Source: an uncultured Acidobacteriota bacterium
GTDB taxonomy: Bacteria; Acidobacteriota; Terriglobia; Acidiferrales; UBA7541
Assembly (NCBI GenBank): GCA_963847505.1
Contig: CAWJZY010000002.1
Coordinates: forward strand, 2,367,137-2,431,136
DNA length: 64,000 nucleotides
Direction: 5' to 3'
The notes below the pieces were generated by a model that saw nothing but the letters and a program-made list of their open reading frames with translations, ran no database searches and was not told where the DNA came from. How positions within the stretch are numbered: position 1 is the first letter of the stretch; each line of letters opens with the position of its first letter. The position numbers and the translations under genes are program-made. Positions 42,353-51,316 of the stretch are shown here, piece after piece.

Positions 42353-44542
42353 TCAGCGGTATTGCGCGGCGTTCGCGGGCGGCGCCAGAAATCTACGCAG
42401 CTCTTTTCCTGCTGTGGTTGTGCCGCTGAACCGGCTGCTTTGCGTGACCTCGGTTTCCAGCGCCGGCGAATCCACGGCCAATCCGGCTTCCGCTTCGGCG
42501 CGTCCGGTGGCGGCATCATTGCGTTGGAACGCAATTCGCGCGCGGTAGACGTGCGCCCACGCGTAATAGGCATCGCTCGCCCGCGTATCGAGCGACGCAA
42601 GCCTTAGGGCCTTGCCCAGCTCGTCAAACGCCGCGGCCAATTTTTTCGCGTGAAACAACAGCAGGCCCAGTTCGAAACGGATTTCCTGTTCATTGCCCGC
42701 AAGATTTTCGGGATCGGCCTGCAGCGTCTGATTGCACAGCTCTTCGGCGCGCGCGAAATCATAATCGTACAGCGCTCCGCGAGCCTGCGCCATCAGTGCG
42801 CGCTGAGCGAGGTTGCGCCGCGCTGGCTCCGTCCATCGCAGAATCCGCTGATCCGGATCAATCTCGATCTGTGTCGCAGGCGCCGGGACCACGACCGTGA
42901 AAGCCGTGGCTGGCCCACGCGTTGCAACCGGCTGCGTTATGGGGCCTGTCGAAGTTGAAACGCGCACCTCGATGCGCACCGTGAATGCGGAAGGTGCGCC
43001 ATAGACCATGATTTCGCCGGACACTTCGCCGGGAGTCAGGGAGGGCGTGCGGCGCACGGAAATCTCAGGAACTTCGGTGCCATCAATGTAGTAATAAAAA
43101 AACCAGCCAAGATCGCGCCCGGAAATCTCCTCGCAAATTTCCTGGAAATCAGCGATGGTCGCGGAGCGTCCCGCGTAACGTTTCAAATACTCAGCGAGTG
43201 CGCGATCCACCTGGTCGCGGCCGATCGCCGATTCAAGCGTTCGCCAGACCAGCATCCCGCGCTCATACAGCGTCTCCTGCGTAATCTCGTTGCCCATGGC
43301 GAAAAGCTTCAGCCCCAGCGAAATAGGTTCCAGCCGGTCCGAGGCAAGCCCATCGCGCATTGCCAGTGTCACCATGCGCCGGGCCTCACCCGGGTTCTGC
43401 GCTTCCAGGTATCTCAACGCCAGATATTGGCCCAGCGATTCGGCAAGCCAGCCGTCCTCTTCGCTTGCGTGCGCCACCTGTTGCGGGAACCACTGGTGGG
43501 CAATTTCATGCGGCAGGAAATAGGGACTGTACCCGTCTCGCCCGAAATGTTTCAGGTCATCCTCGTCCATCACCAGGAATCCAGGCCCGGAGAATCCCAT
43601 TTGAAAATGGCTGCCCGGAAATCCAGGAAGAATCGTATATTCGGAAAGCGGAGCGGGCCCAAGCAGTTTCGTATATTGCGCAAACGCACTCGCAGCAAGC
43701 AAAGCAGCCTGTTTCGCGGACGCGGCGGCGGAATCCGGCAGACACACACGTATAGCTGGCGCCGCGTCTGTATCGGAGGAGGGATCAATTGCACTCGAAG
43801 GCTGCGTGATTTCCACCTTTTCAGGTGTCGCGGCAATGGCGCGCGAATAGACGGGTTGCACGGTCGTGAAGTCGTAGATTGTCCTGTCATGCACTTCGAT
43901 GGATGTCCTAAGGCCTCCCGCGGCGGCGGTCCATCCCGCCGGTACAACCATGTGAATCCGATGTTGCGCGAAGGCGGTAAGGTCGGGGCTGGGATACCAG
44001 CCCGATTCATCCCGTAACAGGATGCCTTCCGCGGTGACATAATCGAGCGAGTCTCTAGAAATTGTGCCGGAATAATTTATGCGTACCGTGAAATCGCCGG
44101 ACGTTTCTTCGGGCAAAGTAACTTGCAGGCGGGGCGAGCCGTTCTCTGTGCTCCGGACGAACGTTAAAACGTTACCGTTCCTGTCCGTGATCTGTGAGAT
44201 GCGCAGTTGAGGACTGAGCATCAGCGTGACGCCGCTGACCGGTTCCGCCGCGCGAAGCGTGAGCATGGCGACCGCCCTCAGCGATCCGGCTTCCGGGTGG
44301 AAAGCCACTCGAATATCGTAACGTTCGATCTTGACGGGGCTTACTTGGCTCTCGTCGACTGCTGATGGGCTCGTTTGACTTTCCTTGTGATGAGTTCCCG
44401 AAGCAGAGCCTGAAGTACCCGTCAACCCAAGTATTACGAGCAAAAGAGCCAATGCCAGACGTGCGCCCCTAGAAACACAATTCCACTGACTATCGCCGCG
44501 CGCTTGACAATGCCTCGCCTTGGCCGTTATACAAATAGCCAT
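42353..44542 (-). CDS. M1-family (gluzincin) metallopeptidase with C-terminal TPR-like domain
   Basis: HEIAHQWF followed 18 residues later by WLAESLGQY (HExxH-x18-E). N-terminal signal or lipoprotein-like region. TPR-like tail. The true start is uncertain (see finding at 44504-44542). Confidence 0.85.
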   Translation of the reverse strand: MAICITAKARHCQARGDSQWNCVSRGARLALALLLVILGLTGTSGSASGTHHKESQTSPSAVDESQVSPVKIERYDIRVAFHPEAGSLRAVAMLTLRAAEPVSGVTLMLSPQLRISQITDRNGNVLTFVRSTENGSPRLQVTLPEETSGDFTVRINYSGTISRDSLDYVTAEGILLRDESGWYPSPDLTAFAQHRIHMVVPAGWTAAAGGLRTSIEVHDRTIYDFTTVQPVYSRAIAATPEKVEITQPSSAIDPSSDTDAAPAIRVCLPDSAAASAKQAALLAASAFAQYTKLLGPAPLSEYTILPGFPGSHFQMGFSGPGFLVMDEDDLKHFGRDGYSPYFLPHEIAHQWFPQQVAHASEEDGWLAESLGQYLALRYLEAQNPGEARRMVTLAMRDGLASDRLEPISLGLKLFAMGNEITQETLYERGMLVWRTLESAIGRDQVDRALAEYLKRYAGRSATIADFQEICEEISGRDLGWFFYYYIDGTEVPEISVRRTPSLTPGEVSGEIMVYGAPSAFTVRIEVRVSTSTGPITQPVATRGPATAFTVVVPAPATQIEIDPDQRILRWTEPARRNLAQRALMAQARGALYDYDFARAEELCNQTLQADPENLAGNEQEIRFELGLLLFHAKKLAAAFDELGKALRLASLDTRASDAYYAWAHVYRARIAFQRNDAATGRAEAEAGLAVDSPALETEVTQSSRFSGTTTAGKELRRFLAPPANAAQYR
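44504..44532 (+). promoter_or_regulatory. candidate promoter TTGACA-N17-TTATAC, 8 nt before the ATG at 44541 (leaderless candidate)
   Basis: Perfect -35 hexamer with 17-nt spacer. No SD before the ATG. It lies inside the maximal M1 peptidase ORF on the other strand. Confidence 0.35.
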
Positions 44543-44912
44543 GGCGCAATCCTATCTAATCTTTGATTTTGGTGCGAATGAAGATTTTGCTCAACAGGCC
44601 CGTCACCGGCTGGACAGTTGGCGGCAAGCATTCCATTTGACCAACAAGCTCGAGTTCAAACTGGAACGCAAGCCTGCTGACAAACCGGACGACTCTGAAT
44701 ATATTCGCCTGGTCGTACGGCTCGATTTTTCCGACCACGAAAAACTTTCCCACCAGCGTTGGCTTGACCGCCTCCCCACCGAAGCACCCTTTAAAGACGC
44801 TTCCCCGAAGATCACGCGGCCCGGAGATGCGGATTTCGCGGGCGCTGTCGAGCTATTCGATTCGCTCGAACTGGGCCAACGCGGGCGTGATCGCGCGGCG
44901 CGCAACCGTTGA
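44541..44912 (+). CDS. hypothetical protein
   Basis: 123 aa with balanced composition (MAQSYLIFDFGANEDFAQQARHRLDSWRQAF...). The competing antisense ORF 44603-44965 is Ser/Arg-rich and low-complexity. Confidence 0.5.
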   Translation: MAQSYLIFDFGANEDFAQQARHRLDSWRQAFHLTNKLEFKLERKPADKPDDSEYIRLVVRLDFSDHEKLSHQRWLDRLPTEAPFKDASPKITRPGDADFAGAVELFDSLELGQRGRDRAARNR

Positions 44913-45055
44913 AGCAGTTCTTGGGATGTGCCTTCAGGCCGCCACCCTCCGGACAACTCTAACAACCTCTGCCTAAAATCACTTCGGCGGTTTCCTGGAA
45001 TTAGATATAATTTCTAGGTTAAGCTGTCTGTCCTTGTTGAGACCAAGGTAACGCC

Positions 45056-47212
45056 ATGCCCGTCCAGACGCGTTCCAAGTCGGCCAAATCCGGCGCCAGC
45101 AAGTATCACGGCCTCGATCCGGAGCAGCTCGTCAAGATGTATCGCACCATGCTCCTTTCGCGCCATTTGGACGACCGCGAAATCCAGCTCAAGAACCAGA
45201 ACCGCACTTATTTTCAGATCAGCGGCGCCGGGCATGAAGCAGTCCTTGTTGCCGCCGCGCAGACCTTGAAACCAGCGCACGATTGGTTCTGCGCGTATTA
45301 CAGGGATCGCGCGCTCTGTCTGGCTCTGGGTGTAACCCCCTACGAAATGCTGCTCGAAGCTGTTGGCGCAAAAGACGATCCAGCCTCCGGCGGCCGGCAG
45401 ATGCCGTCGCATTGGGGCCATCCTGCTCTCAATATCGTTAGCCGGTCTTCTCCGACGGGCACTCAATACCTTCACGGCGTGGGCATCGCCGAAGCCTCTT
45501 TGTATTACGATCGGTACCCGAAGGCCCTTGAGGAAGCGCGTCGCGCGCCGCTCGGCAAATCGGTGCGACATTTTTCGGATGAAGTTGTTTACATTTCCTC
45601 CGGCGAAGGCGCCACAAGCGAAGGCGAATTCTTCGAATCCCTCAACACGGCCTGCGCCAAGAAACTTCCTGTCGTCTATCTGATTGAAGACAACGGTTAC
45701 GCCATCTCTGTGCCCGTCGAGGTGCAAACCGCCGGAGGAAGCATCTCGAAGCTGGTGGCGAATTACCCGGGCCTTCTCGTCCAGGAATGTGATGGCACCG
45801 AACTGCTGGAAAGTTACGCCGTGTTCAAGCGCGCCGTTGAGCATTGCCGCGCGCGCAAGGGCCCGGCGCTGGTTCATGCGCACGTCATCCGGCCTTATTC
45901 CCACTCGCTTTCCGATAACGAGAAGTTGTACAAGAGCGACGAAGAGCGCACACAAGAAAATCGCCGCGACCCCCTTCCAAAGTTTGCCCAGTTCCTCATT
46001 CAGGAAGGCATTTTGAACAAGAAGGAAGTCGCCGCGTTCGATACCGAAGTCGAGCTCGAGATACGCGAAGCCGCCGATAAGGCGCTCGCCGCCGAATTGC
46101 CCGCACCGGATTCCGTCCTGAAGTGGGTTTATTCGCCGGATGTGGATGGCACCTCGAAACAATTTGCGACCGAGCCTAATTTTTCCGGCGAACCGAAGAC
46201 CATGGTGGACATCGTCGCCGCGACGCTCAACTCCGAAATGGCACGCGATGAGCGCATCGTGGTTTTTGGCGAAGACGTTGCCGATTGCAGCCGCGAGGAA
46301 AATGTGTGCAAGGTCAAAGGGAAGGGCGGCGTCTTCAAAGCCACTTCTGGATTGCAGCGCGCGTACGGCGCGGACCGCGTTTTCAATTCACCGCTGGCCG
46401 AAGCCAACATTGTCGGCCGCGCCATCGGCATGGCCATTCGCGGTCTGAAGCCCGTCGCCGAAATCCAGTTTTTTGACTATATCTGGCCTGCCATGATGCA
46501 GCTTCGCAATGAACTGGCGTTGATGCGCTGGCGCTCGGCGGGCGGTTTTGCGTGTCCCGCGGTCATTCGCGTTCCCATCGGCGGCTACCTGACCGGCGGC
46601 GCCATTTACCACAGCCAATGCGGTGAGGTGATCTTCACGCATTGTCCCGGCTTGCGAGTGATCATGCCCTCCACCGCTCTCGATGTCGCGGGATTGCTGC
46701 GCACCGCGATCCGTTGCGATGATCCTGTCATGTTTCTCGAACACAAGCACCTTTACCGCCAGCCCTATACCAAGTCCGTCGATCCCGGTCCGGACTTCAC
46801 GATTCCGCTCGGCAAGGCGCGGGTGGTGCGCGAGGGCACGGACGCCAGCATCATCACTTACGGCGCCTTGGTGCACCGCGCCGAAGTAGCCGCAATGCAA
46901 CTCGAACGCGAAGGCATCTCCATCGAGATTGTGGACCTCCGCTCGCTCTCGCCGTATGACTGGGAATCCATCGCCGCCAGCGTCACAAAGACCAGCCGCG
47001 TAATCGTGGCCTACGAAGACACGCTTTCCTGGGGCTATGGCGCCGAAATCGCCGCCCGCATTGCCGACGAGCTATTCGGTGATCTCGATGCTCCCGTTCG
47101 CCGCGTCGCCGCCATGGACACTTTCTGCGCCTATCAGCCCAAGCTCGAAGACGAAATCCTGCCCCAAACCGATGACATCCTCTCCGCCGTCCGTAGCCTC
47201 TTGGAGTACTAA
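45056..47212 (+). CDS. fused 2-oxoacid dehydrogenase E1 component, alpha and beta subunits in one chain (TPP-dependent)
   Basis: 718 aa. The alpha part has the TPP-binding region ([18 protein letters not shown]). The beta part has VVFGEDVA...GGVFKAT..L...[18 protein letters not shown] and the C-terminal transketolase-like domain. Confidence 0.9.
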   Translation: MPVQTRSKSAKSGASKYHGLDPEQLVKMYRTMLLSRHLDDREIQLKNQNRTYFQISGAGHEAVLVAAAQTLKPAHDWFCAYYRDRALCLALGVTPYEMLLEAVGAKDDPASGGRQMPSHWGHPALNIVSRSSPTGTQYLHGVGIAEASLYYDRYPKALEEARRAPLGKSVRHFSDEVVYISSGEGATSEGEFFESLNTACAKKLPVVYLIEDNGYAISVPVEVQTAGGSISKLVANYPGLLVQECDGTELLESYAVFKRAVEHCRARKGPALVHAHVIRPYSHSLSDNEKLYKSDEERTQENRRDPLPKFAQFLIQEGILNKKEVAAFDTEVELEIREAADKALAAELPAPDSVLKWVYSPDVDGTSKQFATEPNFSGEPKTMVDIVAATLNSEMARDERIVVFGEDVADCSREENVCKVKGKGGVFKATSGLQRAYGADRVFNSPLAEANIVGRAIGMAIRGLKPVAEIQFFDYIWPAMMQLRNELALMRWRSAGGFACPAVIRVPIGGYLTGGAIYHSQCGEVIFTHCPGLRVIMPSTALDVAGLLRTAIRCDDPVMFLEHKHLYRQPYTKSVDPGPDFTIPLGKARVVREGTDASIITYGALVHRAEVAAMQLEREGISIEIVDLRSLSPYDWESIAASVTKTSRVIVAYEDTLSWGYGAEIAARIADELFGDLDAPVRRVAAMDTFCAYQPKLEDEILPQTDDILSAVRSLLEY

Positions 47213-47366
47213 GACCCGCTGCAATTGGTCCATTCGAATGGCTCTGAAAAGTGGAACTTTTTTGCTGCCATCCCCGTACTAGAGGGTAGAATCTGCTGTT
47301 AATCGAGGCAGCCGGATGTTGTGCGGTTCACCCGCGCGCGCTGCCTCAAATAAACTGGAGGCGTCC

Positions 47367-47714
47367 ATGTTCTGTTCAGCTTGTGGCAGGGAAATCGTCG
47401 GCCAATCAAACTTCTGCTATCTCTGCGGCGCTCGGCAGGCGAGCAGCTCCTCACAATCGTATCCGCGCCCACACAAACGTCTGGAACGCTCCGTAACGGA
47501 TTCTAAGATTGCGGGCGTGTGCGGCGGCCTTGCGGAATACTGGGATATGGATTCGACCATGGTTCGCCTGGTCTGGGTCCTGCTCGTGATTTTTCCGATA
47601 CCATTCGTGCCCGCCGTTCTCGGCTATTTCGTCGCGTGGATCGTTATGCCCAAAGCGGACGTGCCCGTATATATGCCCGCGCAGTCCGGCGCGCAGCAGC
47701 CGGAAACTCGCTAG
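47367..47714 (+). CDS. PspC-domain membrane protein with N-terminal zinc-ribbon
   Basis: ATG at 47367 with GGAGG upstream. CSACG...CYLCG zinc ribbon. PspC signature DSKIAGVCGGLAEYWDMDSTMVRLVWVLLVIF. Confidence 0.8.
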   Translation: MFCSACGREIVGQSNFCYLCGARQASSSSQSYPRPHKRLERSVTDSKIAGVCGGLAEYWDMDSTMVRLVWVLLVIFPIPFVPAVLGYFVAWIVMPKADVPVYMPAQSGAQQPETR

Positions 47715-47788
47715 CGCGCTCAATTCTCGCGAGCGCTGATCTCAGCAGCGGCCTGTTTGCAGCGGTCTAATCCCCATATCTTTATCGA

Positions 47789-47812
47789 GCCCCCAGGCTC
47801 CCGCCTGGGGGC
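47789..47812. terminator. GC-rich hairpin between convergent genes (possible bidirectional terminator)
   Basis: GCCCCCAGG-CTCCCG-CCTGGGGGC, a 9-bp stem. The flanking T/A tracts are weak. Confidence 0.4.
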
Positions 47813-47885
47813 GGCTCAATTTCTTGGCTTGGGATTCAACAAATCAAAAAGCTGCGTGGAAACTCAAACGAAGTAGCCACATCGT

Positions 47886-50327
47886 TCACTCGTATCTCAG
47901 CGCCACAATCGGGTCCGTCCGAATCGCGCGCCGCGCAGGAATGTAGCACGCTGCCAGCGCCACTCCCGTCAAAATTAACGACACGCCAATCAGTGTCAAG
48001 GGATCCGTCGGGCTCACGTTGAACAGCATCTTCGACATGAGCCGCGTCAGTCCAAATGCTGCGCCCAGCCCAATCGCCACACCAGCCAGCGCCATCTTTG
48101 CTCCCTGGCCGAGCACCAGCTTCATCACGTCGCCTTGCTGCGCGCCCAGCGCCATCCGCACGCCAATCTCATGCGTCCGCTGCCCGGTAATGTAGGAAAC
48201 CACTCCGTATATTCCGATGCTTGAAAGAATCAGCGCCAGCGCTGCGAATACTCCCAGAAGAATCATCGAAAATCTCCGCGCCGAAAGCGATCCAGCGACG
48301 ATGTCGTCCATCGTTTCAACTTCGTACACAACTTGATTGCTGTTCATCCTTGCCATCGTCGTGCGAATGATGCCCGCAAAGTCTCCCGGAGGCCCTTGCG
48401 TCCGCGCCACCAGGCCGATGTTATTCGCCGCCAGCGGCATAAATTTGTCCGGCAGCTGCAGGAAGGGCAGATACATTTGCGCCTGGATCGCCGCCTTCGC
48501 ATCCGAATCCAATCCAAAATGTTTTACGTGGCCGGCGATGCCAATAATCTCCGGCTGCATGTCAAGCAGCCCCAGATTGATGCGCTTGCCGATTGGATCC
48601 ACATTCGGGAAATATTTTCTAGCAAATGTTTCGTCTATCACCACCACCGAGGGGGACTTTTCGGCGTCTTGCTCCGTCAGAAATCGGCCCCGCAGCAGCG
48701 GGGTCTGCATCGCCTCCAGGTAATCTGGTTCTACAAGATAAAACAGGGCCGCCTTCTGCTCCTCGGCCGTGGTTGGCTTCGGCTCGCCTTCCAGCCAAAA
48801 CGGCAGCTCCGAATCGCCTTGCATTGGCAGCGACCCGCCTTGCATGGAGACGAATTGCAATCCCGGAATCGCTTTGAGCGCCTCGTGGACTTGGCGAAAT
48901 ACGGAGCGAAGTCCCCGCGGATTTTGCGCCAGCCCGGGAGGCAGCGTCGTGTTAAACGTGAGGACATTGTGCGGGTTGAATCCCGGGTTCACGCTCCAGA
49001 GCGCCGTCAGACTCCGGATCATCAGTCCCGCTCCGACCAGCAAAACCAATGCCAGCGCCAGCTCGATGGCCACAAATGCATTTTGCGTCCGATGCCGCGC
49101 TCCGCTCGATCCGCGTCCCCCTTCTTTCAACGTCTCATGAAGGCGCGCGCCCGCCATTTTGAATGCCGGCGCAAGCCCGAACAGAATCCCAACAAAAAGT
49201 GAAACTCCCAGAGTGAACAGCATGACGTTTGCGTCGAGTCCAATCTCGTGCGCGCGCGGCAGCGCCTGCGGAAGCGTTTGCAGAACGGCCTTCGGGCCCC
49301 AGTAGGCGACGCAGAGTCCCAGCGCGCCTCCGGCAATGGAAAGCAACACGCTTTCCGTCAGCAGCTGCCGCACTACGCGCGTGCGGCTCGCGCCCAGCGC
49401 GGCCCGGATCGCGAACTCCCGCGTCCGCCCCGTCGAGCGCGCCAGAAGCAGATTCGCCACGTTCGCGCACGCAATCAGTAGCACGAAGCCGACGGCTCCC
49501 AGCAGCACGAACAAGAATGGCTTGATATTTCCCACCAGATCATCTTTGAAGGTAAGCAGCGCGATTCCGTTTCCCTTGTCCGCTTCCGGATAGGCTGCCG
49601 CCAGATTTCTTCCAATCGCATCCATGTCCGACTGCGCTTGCTGAAGTGTGACGCCGGCCTTCAGCCGGCCAATCGCGTTCGTGCCCATGCTGATCTTGCG
49701 GTCCCGGAATGTTGGATCGTTCCATTGGCCGATGGGTTCAAATACTTCCCTCGGATGGTTGTAAAGGCTGAAGCTTGCCGGAACCACGCCAATCACAACT
49801 CGCGATTTTCCATCCAGTGTGATGGCTTTTCCCAGAATGTCCTGGGAGGACCCGAATTTGCGGTTCCACAGACCCGCGCTGATCATCACCACCGGCGCCG
49901 CGCCGGGTTGGTCTTCCTCCGGCCGAAATGTCCGCCCCAGGATCGGATTCACCCCCAATAAATCAAAAAAATCCGCGGAGATCATCTCGCCGCGCACCTG
50001 TTCGCCTTCCCCCGTCCCTGTCAGGAACAGGCTTACATTGCGATAGGCGGCCAGACTCGAAAAGGATCTGTTGTCCTTCTGCCAATCCAGAAAATTCAAG
50101 TAGGCGATCGAGCTGTGGGCAAAATCGGCTGTTTTGGAGTAAACCGAAATGATTTTGTCCGGCTCGGGGTAGGGCAGCGGGTTCAGCAGAACTCCATTCA
50201 CCACGGAAAAAAGCGCGCTGTTCGCGCCAATGCCCAGCGCCAGCGTGAGGATCGCAATGGCCGTGAATCCCGGCGTCTTGGCCAGCGTTCGCAAACCATA
50301 TCGTATGTCCTGCAGGAATGCGTTCAC
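47886..50327 (-). CDS. ADOP-family duplicated FtsX/MacB-type ABC transporter permease
   Basis: 813 aa with a GTG start and GAGG upstream. The N-terminal FLQDIRYGLRTLAKTPGFTAIAILTLALGIGANSALFSVVNGVLL is the hallmark start of acidobacterial duplicated orphan permeases. Two MacB_PCD + FtsX halves. Confidence 0.9.
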   Translation of the reverse strand: MNAFLQDIRYGLRTLAKTPGFTAIAILTLALGIGANSALFSVVNGVLLNPLPYPEPDKIISVYSKTADFAHSSIAYLNFLDWQKDNRSFSSLAAYRNVSLFLTGTGEGEQVRGEMISADFFDLLGVNPILGRTFRPEEDQPGAAPVVMISAGLWNRKFGSSQDILGKAITLDGKSRVVIGVVPASFSLYNHPREVFEPIGQWNDPTFRDRKISMGTNAIGRLKAGVTLQQAQSDMDAIGRNLAAAYPEADKGNGIALLTFKDDLVGNIKPFLFVLLGAVGFVLLIACANVANLLLARSTGRTREFAIRAALGASRTRVVRQLLTESVLLSIAGGALGLCVAYWGPKAVLQTLPQALPRAHEIGLDANVMLFTLGVSLFVGILFGLAPAFKMAGARLHETLKEGGRGSSGARHRTQNAFVAIELALALVLLVGAGLMIRSLTALWSVNPGFNPHNVLTFNTTLPPGLAQNPRGLRSVFRQVHEALKAIPGLQFVSMQGGSLPMQGDSELPFWLEGEPKPTTAEEQKAALFYLVEPDYLEAMQTPLLRGRFLTEQDAEKSPSVVVIDETFARKYFPNVDPIGKRINLGLLDMQPEIIGIAGHVKHFGLDSDAKAAIQAQMYLPFLQLPDKFMPLAANNIGLVARTQGPPGDFAGIIRTTMARMNSNQVVYEVETMDDIVAGSLSARRFSMILLGVFAALALILSSIGIYGVVSYITGQRTHEIGVRMALGAQQGDVMKLVLGQGAKMALAGVAIGLGAAFGLTRLMSKMLFNVSPTDPLTLIGVSLILTGVALAACYIPARRAIRTDPIVALRYE

Positions 50328-50664
50328 GTTGCCTCACAGTTGCAGCTCAGGACGCTGTATCTATTCCCCGCCGCGTGAGTTTTTGCGGGCAATCCGCAAG
50401 AGATCGCCGCAATGTGAGTAACGCAATTCGCCCTTTGAAAGTTCCCTCGCGGGTTTCAGTTTTCCGTGTGGCCCGCAAGTTTTTGGCGTCATCTTCCATT
50501 TCAGGCATTGCCACAGCCTTTGACGTCACCCTGAGAGGCATCCGGCCAGGATCCCCGAAGGGTCTATCTCATGATTTGGCCGCGCGCACGCGCCGGTCTC
50601 CGTGAGTGGAGGAAGAGAAATCTGCATATTAGGAATATTCGGACTTAACTGAAGAATTTGCAGC

Positions 50665-51093
50665 CTAGTCCTTCGGCTTAGATTTCGATCTCGATCCGCC
50701 GCCGAAAAACGCGCTATCCAGCGAAATGCTCCCGGCCCCAAATGTAGCCAGCGCGAACGCCGCTACTCCCATCGCCAGCGTGAACCGATAATCGTCCACC
50801 GCTCCCCATCCGTGCGTCAGGTCAACCTTCCACATCGCGACGCACATCTCGATGGTCAGCAGCAGCGCCACCGGACGCGTCGCCAATCCCAATATCAGCA
50901 GCGCGCCGCCTCCAACTTCAAGCGCCACCGAGATGTAAGCAAAATAGGATGGCAGGCCGAGTCCCGCCATGTAACGCTCCGTGCCGGTAATTCCGTGCGC
51001 GATCTTCGGATAGCCGTAATGGATGAAAAGAAATCCCAGCATGCAGCGCAGCAACAGAAGTGAAAGCGGCCTCAGCTTATCCAAAAAACTCAC
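50665..51093 (-). CDS. DoxX-family membrane protein
   Basis: Start trimmed to the GTG at 51093 (GAAGGAG 5 nt upstream). 142 aa, 4 TM, LLRCMLGFLFIHYGYPKI... typical DoxX pattern. Confidence 0.75.
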   Translation of the reverse strand: MSFLDKLRPLSLLLLRCMLGFLFIHYGYPKIAHGITGTERYMAGLGLPSYFAYISVALEVGGGALLILGLATRPVALLLTIEMCVAMWKVDLTHGWGAVDDYRFTLAMGVAAFALATFGAGSISLDSAFFGGGSRSKSKPKD

Positions 51094-51283
51094 AGGAACT
51101 CCTTCGCGGGCCACGCCCGGAAAACGAACCACCTCGTCCGCGCCGCATTTTAGCAGAAGCGCGGATAAATACGCGCCTGTGTGAGCCGCGATCCGCTGTT
51201 TATCGACGCTGTTGGGGGTTTGTAGCCCTGAGGAATTTCGTCGCCAAATCCTGAACAGCTGCCGCACGCGCCACTCTTTGTAG

Positions 51284-51303
51284 CCGGGTTCTCCTGAACC
51301 CGG
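51284..51303 (-). terminator. hairpin 14 nt after the amidohydrolase stop (no U-tract)
   Basis: Minus strand reads CCGGGTTC-AGGA-GAACCCGG, an 8-bp stem. Confidence 0.35.
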
Positions 51304-51316
51304 GGCCGTTGCTGTT

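Noticed and set aside
42269-42607. ORFs 42269-42607 (+) and 42310-42600 (-) at the 3' end of the M1 peptidase gene
   Set aside because: They overlap the TPR-like tail of the peptidase frame and the short gap before the Cys/His-rich gene. Their compositions are Arg-rich and they have no RBS.
45014-46162. 382-aa minus-strand ORF antisense to the E1 dehydrogenase gene
   Set aside because: The plus-strand frame carries unambiguous E1 alpha/beta motifs over the whole length. The antisense product is Arg/Gly/Ala/Phe-rich with no motif. This is a typical stop-poor shadow frame in GC-rich DNA.
48333-49202. 289-aa plus-strand ORF antisense to the ADOP permease gene
   Set aside because: The minus strand encodes the full duplicated permease. 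The antisense product is Arg/Gln-rich with no TM segment or motif.
50347-50541. 64-codon ORF as a truncated PadR regulator upstream of the ADOP permease
   Set aside because: The similarity is limited to a few residues (GRIALLTLRRSL vs GTLDLLILKTL). There is no continuation of a winged-helix domain in any frame. I cannot call it a pseudogene from this.
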